From Octopus sinensis (lineage: Eukaryota), in the NCBI RefSeq assembly GCF_006345805.1, contig NC_042999.1:83390001-83454000 (forward strand): a DNA stretch of 64,000 nt, read 5' to 3'. This document shows positions 51,501 to 64,000 of this stretch, piece after piece. Position 1 is the stretch's first letter, and the number at the start of each line of letters is the position of its first letter. The translations under genes were made by a program, and so were the position numbers. The notes under the pieces were generated by a model. That model was given only the letters and a program-made list of their open reading frames with translations, was not told the origin of the DNA and made no database searches.

Positions 51501-52402
51501 TGTATACATATCTACAGCCTATCACAGACATACTCTCTACTCACGAATGTGTATGTAAGTGCACGTTCCGTTTGTAATGAAATGCGTACATATCTACATA
51601 ATATACTGTATGTTCACACGAAATAAGCATGTGCAGAAATCTATTCAAGCTTTTATGAAGAAACGTGCAGTTGGAAAATCTCACATCACCTTATTTGATA
51701 CATGGATTCACTTTACAAGTGGATTTATCGATTACAAAACTGAACTCTCCTATTTGTATCGAGCTAATAATGTTATATTTAAAGTAGCGTTATTCTTAAA
51801 TCGTGGAATTACGGAATATATTTTAGATACGAACTCAACCCGACGCTGGTGATAACTTATAACACTATGGTAAATAAATTTCACACCTTGAAACGAATAA
51901 AAGAATTGGTTTATACATCGAGGTTTGAGTAGGGAAGTGCTCAAGCTGCCCTAGTACTGATAATAACCGCTGCAGCAATAAAATTGCAGTAACATATACG
52001 TTAATGTGTACGTAGATACATGCGTATGATCAACAGCAGCCCATTTTACAGTAGCCGACTTCCTGTAATATACTGTTTTGTAATCTGAGCCTGAATGTGC
52101 TGGGTTTTTTAAGGAGTCTGTGAAAACTTGAAGTCGTACGGAGCCGAATCAGACGGTTTTAAGTAATGAAATTACGCCTACGAAATGTGCTGAGTACCTT
52201 TTTTCGTGTATCCACAAATTCGTAAATGTATAAGGAGAATTCCTTGAAAGGCGTGTGGTTGGACAGGAAGCTGGTGACGCCATGATGTCTGATGGGCCAT
52301 TGAAGTGACTTAGAAACGGATAAAAGCATGTCGGTGAGTGTGTATGTGTGTGTATACCAGATGTATGAGTGCGTGAATGTAGGTGTGTTTTCGGTTGTGT
52401 GC

Positions 52403-52442
<40 letters not shown>

Positions 52443-52729
52443 TTGTCCTTTCTAATGAATCTAGTGTCGCTGAAATGCCGATTTCACTTGTAACAACACC
52501 GTGTTACGCGCCATGACCAATAACAGCCCATTTTCCAGTATTTTCCAGTATCTTGAACTTGTATTTCTCCATTCGGTAATCTGAGCGTGAACGAGTTAGG
52601 TTTCAGTAAGAAGCCTGAGAAAGTCGCAAGGAACCAGATCAAACTATTTTAAACAATAATAATAAGGTGACAGATAGCATTCCCACTACGCATGCAAGAC
52701 TCCAGGTGTTCCAACAAAACCTGAGTTAA

Positions 52730-52945
52730 AATAATAATAATCCTTTCTACTATAGGTACAAGGTCTAAAATTTCTGGAAGGCGATAGTCGATTATTTTGA
52801 CCCCAGCGCTCCACTGGTACTTAATTTATCGACCCCAAAAGGATGAAAGGGAAAGTCGACCTCGGCGGAATTTGAATTCAGAATGTAAGGACGGACGAAA
52901 TACCGCTAAGCATTTTGCCCACTGTACAAACGATGCTCGTCAGAA
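52730..52945 (-). mobile_element. SINE S1, tail B with (ATT)n end
   Basis: AATAATAATAATCCTTTCTACTATAGGTACAAGG ... S1 body. Confidence 0.82.
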
Positions 52946-54374
52946 TTAGTGTAGATTTAGAGTGCCTAAGTCCAAATTCTTAGTATTAGTTGCTTGACTA
53001 AAGACTGACGTCACGTTCAATAGGGAGTATTGTATCCTCGTCCGTTCTAGACCATAGAGGCTAGTATAAACTCCGCTCTAATGAGTCAGTAGGCATATAA
53101 CAGACCTTTGCTGAAGAGAACTTGGAAGAAACTTTGGCTGCTTTAGCCAGTTACATTTGATACAAAGATCTGTTCCTATCTGCATCGATTTTACTTTCCA
53201 AAACTTTCGATTTGCTGATATCATCGGATTTATTTCTATTGGTTGTTGTCTTTAGATTTTAAATAGTCCCGAAGGCAGTTCTTGTAAATTAATTACATCG
53301 AAATTTTTGTTAATGGAATTTTTGCTTTATCTTATTATACTACATTCATGAGTATTTGCTGTATTTACAAATAGCTTGCAGAACGCACATTTGGGTTTTC
53401 TTACCTTAGTCTTGTAACTGATATCTATGAATATAGAGCTAGTGATGAAACCACTAAATGCAGCAATAAACTTTCATTACATCACGAATGACTTTAAGAA
53501 AAACGTGCATGTAGCATCATATAATCCTTTTCGAACGTCTACTATCTCCCCCCCCCCCAAAAGAATTCGCCCATTATTTGTTTGTGATTGTGTACGCGGG
53601 AGTGTGTGTGTATGAAAGCACTTATTGTGCTAGGTTTGCATACTGCTTGTACGTTTCTTTGTAGTTTGTTGTTCGTAGCCAACACTTCACGAACACTGAA
53701 AGCAAGACGTCATATTTGGTGTCAAAGCGAGATGATTGTTCCGAGCCTGCAGTTCAAGAATTTTAAATGAACATGTGTTAGAATGTTATGTAAAATGAAA
53801 AAAAAAAAAAAAAAAAAACCCCAGAAATCACAACATTTGGAATTTCTTACACAGTTTAAATATTTTCTAACAGAAATGGAATATCAACTCCGAATAAAAG
53901 AAATCAAAACATAAGATAGATTCTATGGGGGATAAAAAGGCCAACTTTGACTCCACAGGAGGATTTAGAAAGACGTTTTGTGCCTAAATTATGTATGAAA
54001 TTAAAATGTTAAAGGGAATTCCGAATCACTCTGTACAAAACCAAGATAGTGTATCTGTAGAATAGTATATTAAAATTACTGTAACTTTTTGTTAACATCT
54101 CTGGATTTGTTTGTTAACCGTTATTTCCGAAATCAGATTAGAATAATATCATTCTCACCCTATAAATATTATTAATTAATTAGAATTTTCTTTCTCTCAC
54201 TACATTAAAATGCTATTAGCTTGGCAGCTATTCTATGTGTGGATGTTATCCCTTGTAATGTGATGAAATGGCAGAATTGTTAGAGTGTTGAATAGAATGT
54301 AACGCGCTATTTATTCTGACTATCTGAGTTCAAATCTCGTCATAGACAATGTTAATTTTTCAGAATCACAAAGG

Positions 54375-54590
54375 CAGCAAGCTGGTAAAATCGTTACTAT
54401 GTCGGACAAAATGCTTTGAGGCATTTCTTCCGGCTCTTTGCATTCAGAGCACAAATTCTGTCCAGCTCGACATTGTCTTTTATCCTTTCGGTGTCGATAG
54501 AATAAATACAAGTTGAACTCTGAGGTCGATGTAATCGGCTGGTCCCTTCCTTCCAAAATTTCAGATCTTGTGCCTATAGTTGAATGAAAT
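54375..54590 (+). mobile_element. SINE S1, diverged
   Basis: S1 head, body and tail B. Confidence 0.7.
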
Positions 54591-54728
54591 TTTGCAGGAT
54601 CGACAAAAAAGTACAAGATACTTCGAGTTATCTGTTCTGGTTCTTTGTGTTTTGGCAGCAATGTCAGCAACGACACTGGTGCCAAACTGTATCACTTAAA
54701 GTCGATGGTCTTTCCTTTTGATAAATAT

Positions 54729-55128
54729 TCTTTTCTACTCTAATCACAAGGCCCGAAATTTTTGGGGAGGAGGCCAGCCGATGAGATCGACCACAATACG
54801 CAAACTGGTACTTTATTTATCGATCCTGAAAGGATGAAGGGTAAAGTCAACTTCAGCGAAATTTGAACTCAGAACGTAAAGACAGACGAAATACCTATTT
54901 CTTTACTACCCACAAGGGGCTAAACACAGAGGAGACAAACAAGGACAGACAAACGGATTAAGTCGATTATATCGACCCCAGTGCGTAACTGGTACTTAAT
55001 TTATCGACCTCGAAAGGATGAAAGGCAAAGTTGACCTCGGCGGAATTTAAACCCAGAACGTAACAGCAGACGAAATACTGTTAAGCATTTTGCCCGGCGT
55101 GCTAACGTTTCTGCCAGCTCGCCGCCTT
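54729..55128 (-). mobile_element. SINE S1 dimer (A plus B)
   Basis: Single TSD TTCCTTTTGATAAATATT flanks both units (about 54712-54729 and 55126-55144). Confidence 0.88.
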
Positions 55129-56409
55129 CCTTTTGATAAATATTACATGTACGAATATGCGTCCGAGATCACAACTTAGCCCTGGTAAAATTTTTTAAGA
55201 TTCCTTTAAATTCCTTAAATTGTTTTAGCTTCAAAATTGCGGTCATTCTGGGGCACCACCATTAAGAATAAAATCCAGCTGAGTGGACTGATTTTAACTA
55301 GGAAATTTGTGAAAGCTCTTATATCGAAAGAGGAAGAGTTAATAATACTACTATCCGAATTGTAGGAATGAAAGGAAAGGTGGGATTGATAGGAAGCAAG
55401 AATAATGGATCACAGTGTAACAAAAATTGAAGTATCCGATGCAAGTTCAAGATACAAACCAAACGATCAATAATAAGCAATGGGTACCATTCAGTTCGAT
55501 TGCAGCACCTCTTTGAGGAATGACAAAAGAAATACTACATAGCGATGCAGCTGGGCTCAAGATAGTGACGGGGCGTTTGATTAATAGAGTTATGAGAAAA
55601 ATTAAATAAAACAAAAAAGAAAAATAAGAAAGCAAATTATGTGTATAACTTAAGGATAGATGGGAAAATGCTTGACTATGCTGTAATAATGGATACGGGT
55701 GACGAAGTGAAACGGACCTTTGAACATGAAGTATATTAATGTGAAAACGTGATTTAAGCAAAGACATTTCGGGAAAAAATAGCGATAATTCAAGAGAACG
55801 CTGATTAGTAATACCGGAATTAAAGGAAATGTACAGACGCAGGGATTCTGATATTGTAACTTTAGAAAACCGTATATGCAGATATTGATACTCCAGGTAG
55901 TCGGAAATGAAGGAAATCGTGTAAAGAATTTGTAGTTAAAGCGCGAATGCACCTCGAAATGAAATTTAGGGGAAAAAAATTACAAATAAAGCATTGAAGA
56001 TTACGAGTGAATAAACTGCAAAGTTTAGAACGAAAGAACTAAAATTAAAACGAGAAATAATATAGAAATGAAAAAAGTAAAGGAGTGAAACCTTCAAGAC
56101 AATTGAATAATCAATCTTCGAGTATTGAGAATGACACCTTAACAGTTAAAGATAACAAAAGTTTATTAAAAGGGTTAAAATTAAGAACTGACGCTTTGTA
56201 AACAATTCCTATTAGAAAAGTGCTTAGAGAAAATCTGCAAAGGCTGTGAAAAATGCATTTATCAAACTTCCAGATAAAGGATGAATTCTAAACCGGTAGA
56301 GGAGGGGGATTAGAATGCGCGCTGATGCAATTCAGTTGACTAATATAGAGGTTCTAATGCAATTTAAAAATGGTATAACAATTATAGAAATTGCAGGGAT
56401 GTAAAATAA

Positions 56410-57172
56410 TATGATGTAATATTGGCACAACGCCGGCAACTTTTGAGAGGAGGAGGAAGCCGATTAGATTGACCGAAGTACTCAACTGGTACTTATTTTA
56501 TCGACCTCGAAAGAATGCGAAGTGCTGGAAGAAATGCCATTTGGCATTCTGTGCGATGCTCTAACGATTCTGCTAACTCGCCATCTAAATATAACGTAAT
56601 ATATTGGATTCAAATTTAGACACAAAGTCAGCAAGGTAGAAGTGGGAGGGGTAAGTCGGTAGCATCGATCTCATTTTTCAAAAGGGACTTATTTTATTGA
56701 CCTCGAAAGGATGAAAGGCAAAGTCAACTTCGGTAGCGTTCGAACCCAGAGAATAAAGACGTATGATATCCCGCTAAACACTTTAGCCCAGCACACTAAT
56801 GATTGCACCAGCTTGCCGCTCTTATTTTCAAATGTTGGCACAAAGACAATGATTTTAGCGGAGTGGGTAAGTTGATTACATCTATCCCAGTATTCAACTG
56901 GAGAATTTGAACTCAGAGCGTAAAGAAGGACGAAATGTTATTTCTTTACTACCCACAAGGGGCTATAAACACAGAGAGGACAAACAAGGACAGACAAAAG
57001 GATTAAGTCGATTATATCGACCCCAGTGCGTAACTGGTGCTTATTTAATCGATCCCGAAAGGATGAAAGGCAAAGTCGACCTCGGCGGAATTTGAACTCA
57101 GAACGTAGCGGCAGACGAAATACGGCTGAGCATTTCGCCCGGCGTGCTAACGTTTCTGCCAGCTCGCCGCCT
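56410..57172 (-). mobile_element. Cluster of SINE S1 copies including an A-B dimer at about 56820-57172
   Basis: Three or four reverse-complement S1 bodies in tandem. Confidence 0.8.
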
Positions 57173-57304
57173 TTTGTGTTAATGTTATAATACAAACATG
57201 TAAATCACAGGAACCTAACAAATGTGGATACAAAATATCAAGGTCTAAAAATAGATAGAAAATAAAATAAAATACAACTATACATATAAATTAGAGAAAT
57301 ATAC

Positions 57305-57430
57305 TCAGCCACATGGTTTCAAGTTCAGTCCCCTTGCGCGGCACCTTGGGCATGTGTCTTCTACTATAGCCTCGGGCTGACCAAAGCCTTGTGAGTGGAT
57401 TTGGTAGACGGAAACTGAAAGACGCACGTC
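57305..57430 (+). mobile_element. SINE S2 5' half (3' half at about 58715-58775)
   Basis: CCACATGGTTTCAAGTTCAGTCCC ... GGATTTGGTAGACGGAAACTGAAAG; interrupted within its internal microsatellite. Confidence 0.75.
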
Positions 57431-57449
57431 ATATATATATATGTATATG

Positions 57450-57481
<32 letters not shown>

Positions 57482-57493
57482 TGTATGTATGTA

Positions 57494-58400
57494 TGGTCAT
57501 CCCATATATAACGCGGTTATTTTTTATTTCTCTTATTTTTCAAGATTAAGATAAATAAACTACTTTTTTAATCTAAAATATACTCTCCTTCAGTTTCTGC
57601 AATACATTTCCAACTATCTGGTGGACTTGCAGGGCCCCCTCTTCCAAGATTCACTTCTCTGTGAGTGAAAATACTCCTCCAATGCTATTCTGACTTCGTC
57701 TACAGAATTTATATTTTTCCCGTCCAAATGATTTTGAAGATTGCAGAAAAAATGATTATTAGACGGGAAAATGTCCGGCGAATATGATAGGTGGGGTATC
57801 GTTTTCCATACAAACTGCTCCAGCCATTGGTATGTCATCCTCGCTGTATGTGGCCGAACACTATCCTTATGGAAGAACACCTTTCGTCTTGAAACCAAAG
57901 ATGGTCGTATTTCTTCCAGCGCAGGTGTCGATAACTTGTGGAATAACCAAATCTAAGCTTCTCTGCTAGTTACTCAACAGTTACGATGGGATTTTGTTCC
58001 ACCAGGGTTTTCATGATGTCCTCATCAAGCTCTACAGATCTTCCAGGACGAGGCTCATCATCTAGGCTGTAGTTTCCAGCTCGGAAATTCAGGAACCACG
58101 GTTGACACTGGCTTACGCTTATTGTCAGATCCCCATATACTGCATTAATATTCATCGCACTTTCCATTGCGTTGTTACCATAATTGAACTCATAAAGCAA
58201 AATATGCCTTTGTCACTTCCATTATAGCTTTGAAAAAATTAATGTTAAAATCGAACTGCACTCTTCAAACATTGCACTAGGAATAAGCGTAAAATTACTT
58301 CCTGCTTTTATGGCAAGTTGATGCAGATAGTTTATCCCGTGCCGCTCTGACTTTTAGTTCATGTGATTGAAAACACTGCATCATTTATGGGATGTCCCAA
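57494..58400 (-). mobile_element. Mariner transposon, internally deleted
   Basis: Imperfect TIRs (TTGGGACATCCCATAAAT / TGGTCATCCCATATAT) flanked by TA; HTH MLYEFNYGNNA..WFLNFRAGNYSLDDEPRPGR; HKDSVRPH and YSPDIFPSNNHFF motifs. Confidence 0.88.
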
Positions 58401-58577
58401 TATATATGTATATGTTTGTGTGTGTATTAAGACTACCGTTGGTTTCGTTTTAAGGCAATAGGATTTTCTTACATGAAACCAATGGTAGCCTTAATCTATA
58501 TCTATAATTCATAAATAAAGAAACTATATCCACCAATGCGGTGTTGAGCACTCATTTTCATCGTTCAACATTTACAG

Positions 58578-58609
<32 letters not shown>

Positions 58610-58622
58610 ATATATATATATT

Positions 58623-58681
<59 letters not shown>

Positions 58682-59261
58682 GTGTGTGTGTATGTATGTA
58701 TGTCTGCAGTTATGTGTGTGTTTCTTTGTGTCTATGTTTGTCCTTCCACCACCGCTTGACAACCGCTGTTGGTATTATCAAATATATGTCTGTGTTTATG
58801 TTTGCGCGTGTGCAAATACGCAAAGCCTACAGCCTTTGCAAATTTGCAAAGCCTACAGAAAACGAAATAAATTTACGTTTATTCTATTCTTTGCACATCG
58901 CATTAATTTGTTCTCGTAAACCCACTATTACCACGCTTGTCCTTACTGCTCTTTTCCTTACTACCAAATTAACACCACGACATCACCACCTCAGTCGCAC
59001 ACACCCGTCACAGTTTTCTCTGATATATTTTCGCCTTACTTCCAACTAGCAACACACTACACAACTCTTGCACTACTATTGTTCTTAGCTGGAGCACCAC
59101 CATCATCACTGTACAAGCCACTGTTGCCACTGTCATAACCTCTTATCGCTTCTTTCACAAACGTTCTATTCTCTCCCAATTAAGTGCTGCACCATATTCG
59201 CCTTTGTTAAAAATATTCTTATACCTCTTTCTGACAAAATTGTCTTACACAGGTCAGGTCT

Positions 59262-59297
<36 letters not shown>

Positions 59298-59449
59298 ACA
59301 GCAGCAGTAGTCGTGGTTAAAACAGCAGCCCTGATATAATTAGGGAGTTTCTTTAGGCTCAGGTAGCAAGTAAATCTGCCTCTCTGTCTGTCTGTCTGTT
59401 TGTTTCTCTCTCCCTCTCCCCCCTCTCTCTCTCACGCACGCACTCTCTC

Positions 59450-59629
59450 TCTCCTTCCCTAGTTAGACTACCATCTTTAAAAATAGCAAAAGACATATTG
59501 GATAACGTAGTCACAGATAAAATACTTCTGAAAAGATGGGGTGGGCATGGCTAGAATGCTTTTCATTATTAGGCTTGTTCAATGAGAGCTAATATGAGGC
59601 TGAATACAACAAAAACAACAACAACAACA

Positions 59630-59630
<1 letters not shown>
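59450..59630 (+). mobile_element. 3' part of an unclassified retroposon ending in (CAA)n
   Basis: Similar to 26770-26890 and 59890-59935 (CTGCTAGAAATA..; GGATAACGTAGTC); ends ACAACAACAAC. Confidence 0.45.
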
Positions 59631-59661
<31 letters not shown>

Positions 59662-59959
59662 AGGTTTTTTCTGTTTTCTTTTGATCGCAATTCAGGTTTT
59701 CTTTGGAAGTATCGAAGTTCAAAGGAATTGTTAAATCCCTTGTTTTTTTAGGTTTTGACCAAATTTTGACTTATATATGTCGGCCCCTACAATATTGGCG
59801 TGATCTATGTGCTTAGTGTTCAGGTTGAATAAGTCGACGCCTCTAGAAAGAAAAAAGAATGAACAGATATTTGCATAGAACCTGAGTGCTAAGTCTGCTA
59901 GAAATAACTGTTAAATCTAATCTCATATTGTGGCCATTTTCCTCCACTGGGAATTAGTC

Positions 59960-60520
59960 CATTGCCAGACTCTCCACCGTTTTCTCCCCTAAGGCTTTCC
60001 CCTCTTCTTCATCCAGGAGTCACCCACCTCCTTGGAATCCGCCTGCTTCGTTAAGTAGGGTTGTTTTAAAGTTTGAGTTGAACAGTATATTTGTACATAC
60101 GATCGGAAGTATAAGGCTTTACCTGCTCTTGATCTACTCAAACGCTAACTTACCATCTTTTCCAATACTGTGTGGTGTTTATCTCCAGGATATTTGTCTT
60201 TCATTTGTGAATTTTCAAATCAACTACCCTCGGAGTAGTTTTATTGCCAGTATTGCTGTCTTTTCTTGCAACTAGCTCTAAAATAACAAAGCCAGGATGC
60301 CAGAAATACCCAGCCCCTCCAGTTGTAGAAGAATAGAAATAGGGATACCAGACCACCTTAAATTCTATAGATTCCTGTCTCAAAATCTTTACTTGCTTGG
60401 GCTCCATGAAAACTCTGTAAGTCATATATTACCCAATGTAATTCTTCTCCAAGAGTGTAGAGTATTATTTGAAGAAGATTTAGCCCCTATGTCTAACTGG
60501 CTATGCGACCAACTAAGTAG
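59960..60520 (-). mobile_element. Highly decayed non-LTR RT C-terminal remnant
   Basis: VVDLKIH (cf. MDDLKLY) followed by KDKYPG (cf. YKYLG). Confidence 0.4.
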
Positions 60521-60660
60521 CGATTAAACGGAATGGACCTAGGCAAATATCGAACTTACTTTTAGAAACAGCGCCAGAAATTGGTAAACAGAAGAGCATA
60601 GTCGATTGAAACCCAGTAAATTCCTGGTAAAATATTTTATAGACTATATTTTATAGACTA

Positions 60661-61259
60661 TAGGCGCAGGAGTGGTTGTGTGGTAAGTAACTTGCTTACC
60701 AACCACATGGTTCCGGGTTCATTCCCACTGCGTGGCACCTTGGGCAAGTGTCTTCTACTATAGCCTCTGTCGACCAAAGCCTTGTGGGTGGATTTGGTAG
60801 ACAGAAACTGAAAGAAGCCTGTCGTATATATGTATATGTATGTATCTATCTATCTATCTATCCATATATATAATATATATATATATATATATCTATAATA
60901 TATATATATATATATATATATAATAATATATATATATATATATATAATAGCTATACTCAAACCGCTTAAATTTAATTTAATTTAATTAGGCTGGTTTACC
61001 AAAAAGTACGTCGAAACAATGCATTGTCCAAAGATGATAAGGGTAAATGTTTTTAATTTTCCTTTGATTTCTGAATTACTACTATTTAGCGGTTTGGGTA
61101 TAGCTGCTCGTTTAGTGAGTTGAATGGCCTATTAAGGCCATTCCTTAATATTATTGTTGAATGTATATTATATAGTCTTTTGACTATTTTTTCTTTCTCA
61201 CTAGACCGCTGGTGGCGAAAAAATTTCTATTGAATTTTTTGCTACCTTTATATTGATTA

Positions 61260-61297
<38 letters not shown>

Positions 61298-61560
61298 ATG
61301 TGTGTGTGTGTTGTGTGTGTGTGTGTGTATGCATGTGTGTGTATATGCTTGTGTGTGTGTTTGTTCCCCACCATCGCTTGACAACCGATGGTGGTTGCTT
61401 ACGTCCCCGTAACTTAGCGATTCGGCAAAAGATACCGATAGAATAAGTACTAGGCTTACAAAGAATAAGTCCTGGGGTCGATTTGCTCGACTAAAGGCGA
61501 TGCTCTAGCATAGTCACAGTCAAATGACTGAAACAAGTAAAAGAGAGTAAAGAGAGTATA
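60661..61560 (+). mobile_element. SINE S2 with insertions in its internal microsatellite
   Basis: 5' half 60661-60826, 3' half about 61350-61560. Confidence 0.85.
60950..61104. mobile_element. MITE-like element with 17-bp TIRs
   Basis: GCTATACTCAAACCGCT (60950-60966) and AGCGGTTTGGGTATAGC (61088-61104), 16/17 complementary. Confidence 0.6.
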
Positions 61561-61779
61561 CAATAATGGAAGTCAGTGTCTTCAACGAGAGAATTTGAAT
61601 CTACAATACATGGGGTCAAATGAAATTCCAAGAAGAATTTATCGAAGAACTACTGTTTTTGTTACTCCTCTACCTTCGTCTAGGTCTCATATCAACATTA
61701 TGGCGAAGAGCGCTTGATTGGCTGAATTTGTAGTGACAAGAAAAATATCTTGCAGTATTTTGTTACGTATCTTTATGGG

Positions 61780-62090
61780 AAGGCGTGTAGCTTAGTGGAT
61801 AGGGAATTGGGCTCACGATCTGGAGATCATGTGTTCAATTTTTGGACCAGATACCGCGTTGTGTCACTCACAAAATAAGGAATCATTTCACATTACTTTA
61901 GTCTACACAGCTGAAATTGACTTCTGATACAGTCCTCCAGCTATCACAAAGGCGATGTTCCCCTGAATCGGATTGGAAGGCCGAGCGGGTGTCTATATCT
62001 GCTCGCGACTAAATAGGCACTTAAAACAATTAGTGAAACAGTGGTACAAGCTATCGCGTCATGCTTGCTCGCGAGTGACGGGTCAAGTTT
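61780..62090 (+). mobile_element. SINE H2-type, strongly diverged
   Basis: GTAGCTTAGTGGATAGGG head; TTTCACATTACTTTAGTCTACACAGCTG; T1-like remnants. Confidence 0.55.
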
Positions 62091-63057
62091 TTCGTCATTA
62101 CTGTATGAATTTAAATACACATTTTGTTGTTTATCGTTCTCATATCAATAAAATAAGTACTAGTCATGTATTAAAGTTGATTTTAATCCATATAATCTTT
62201 TACCCCAAATGAGGTTTTGAGTTTCTATTGGAAATCAGTATCAATCCTTTGAGAAGGGTAAAATATGAAATAATGAAATGGTAGAACGTCCATGGAAATG
62301 TCTTAGATTATTTAGCTATAGTCTTCTATGTTTTCTGTGATGCATGTGAAGACTGGATCCGGCAGACTCTGTGGAAGAAACCGTAATGGTTCAACCAAAA
62401 GGAAGGAGGCTTCAGTAACACATTGTGGAGGGCTGAGAGCAAGATGATGTCAGATATCGTGGTCATCCACTGCATCCAGTTCCAACCCCAATCGTCCTGA
62501 TTTAGTCTTCCCACTGGATTGAAGGTAGTCACTGACGAGCGAGTGTGGTTCACTGTATGCAATTCTTCTCCACTCTAAAAAACGTCACCAGTCATTTCAG
62601 GATCATTAGATTGTCACAGCAGTTCTGACGGACGAACATGACCCTGAGATAAAATATCTCCGACGCCAGTTTTGCCTTTCGTAAATTCTTTTGTTCAAGA
62701 TTGATCAAATACATACTAGTAAGATACTGAGATTTGACTTAATAGACATACATTAACAATAGGCATCATGCTAAAGTAAGACGCCTCGATGTACTTTATA
62801 TCTTTAGATATATAACAGCAAAATATTTCCTTTCTTTTCGGAAACATGAACTCTAGGTCAAGTACAGACAGTTCATTGAAGCAGGTTAACTGAAACGCTG
62901 CAGGACGACGAAACTTTTCTTTAGATTCTTCACTTCTCATGGCAACTACTCTTATCTAACTTTTCTATGAACTCTATTATTGACTAATTGTCGCAGGCAC
63001 AAACCATCACCAATTTTTCTCGAATTCTGCATTTCGACTTCATGAAGTTTTTGTTAA

Positions 63058-63096
<39 letters not shown>

Positions 63097-63534
63097 TCGT
63101 TATATTTTCCTTCATTTTCTCCCTCACTTTTATCTTTCCGTCTTTTCATTTTTTAAAAAATGTTTATATGTTTGTTACTTTTCGTTTCACTTCCGTGCTT
63201 TCTATCCTTTCATATATCCGTTCTTGATTTTTTTTTCTGCCTTGCCTTTCCCCCCTCCAATCTTCAGTTAATCCGTCCGTTTTCTACTCATTCGAGTCAA
63301 TTACTTCAATCCCTGCTACCAGAGAGAGATCTTCAATGAATTACCAGTTACGTTGGCTTGTAGACAAAGAAAACCAACAAGGGTGCCTCTTCGCGACTTG
63401 TCGACTTACTAAAAAGTAGCAGTCGTATCACATTTCTTAACCCGCTCCCTTCTTTTGGATAGTATAATTCTAGAGACATTAAATCTGGAAAATCTGGAAT
63501 AGCCAAGGCTTGATCACCTTTGGGCCAAACGACA

Positions 63535-63750
63535 ACAATAATAATCTTTTCTATTATAAGCATAAGGCCTGAAATTTGGTTAGGGTAGGGTGGCTAGTTT
63601 ATTACATCGATCCCGATACTTAACTGGCATTTATTTTAACGAACCCGAAAAGATGAAAGGTAAAGTCAACCTCGGTGGAATTTGAACTTGGAACGTAAAG
63701 CCGGGAGAAATACCGCTAAGTACACTAACGATTCTGCCAGCTCACTGTCT
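63535..63750 (-). mobile_element. SINE S1, tail B
   Basis: AATAATAATCTTTTCTATTATAAGCATAAGGCC ... S1 body. Confidence 0.78.
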
Positions 63751-64000
63751 AATGAGATCTGAAGCTTTGGAGGATTTTGTTAGCTGGTCACTTTTGACGA
63801 ATTAAGTTGGCTTCTCTTTCTCTTGTGGTCCCACCCTTAGCAAGAATACAACATAGCATTAAAAGTCAACGAAACAGTCTTTATATTTATAACGAAGCCA
63901 CCGTTTGCCGTAATGAGCTACTTCTATGATATATCTATTTACCCAGCTGGACGGTGCCACCCGTGAACATATGAAGTAAGTATATTGGACAAAAATGTAA

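Overview
AT-rich eukaryotic genomic DNA packed with microsatellites and transposable elements. The SINE repertoire suggests an octopus or other coleoid cephalopod; this is an inference from recall, not a search. No host protein-coding gene could be identified with confidence, and nearly all ORF-track entries are microsatellite or antisense artefacts. Real coding content is transposon-derived. It comprises one full-length (about 3.9 kb), frameshifted R4/Dong-clade non-LTR retrotransposon, several 5'-truncated or decayed copies from at least three other R4/Dong lineages (the best-preserved bounded by (TAA)n), a decayed RTE LINE, one Tc1 and two mariner remnants. Several tRNA-derived SINE families occur in many copies. 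The most notable observations are: (i) minimal hammerhead-ribozyme-like motifs of the Penelope/retrozyme type, including a repeat family with a shared core variant; (ii) stacked arrays of different (TAA)n-targeting R4/Dong lineages, repeatedly abutting SINE (ATT)n tails; (iii) SINE multimers and head/tail module shuffling; (iv) a palindromic mariner derivative. Coordinates of decayed elements are approximate and identities were judged by eye.
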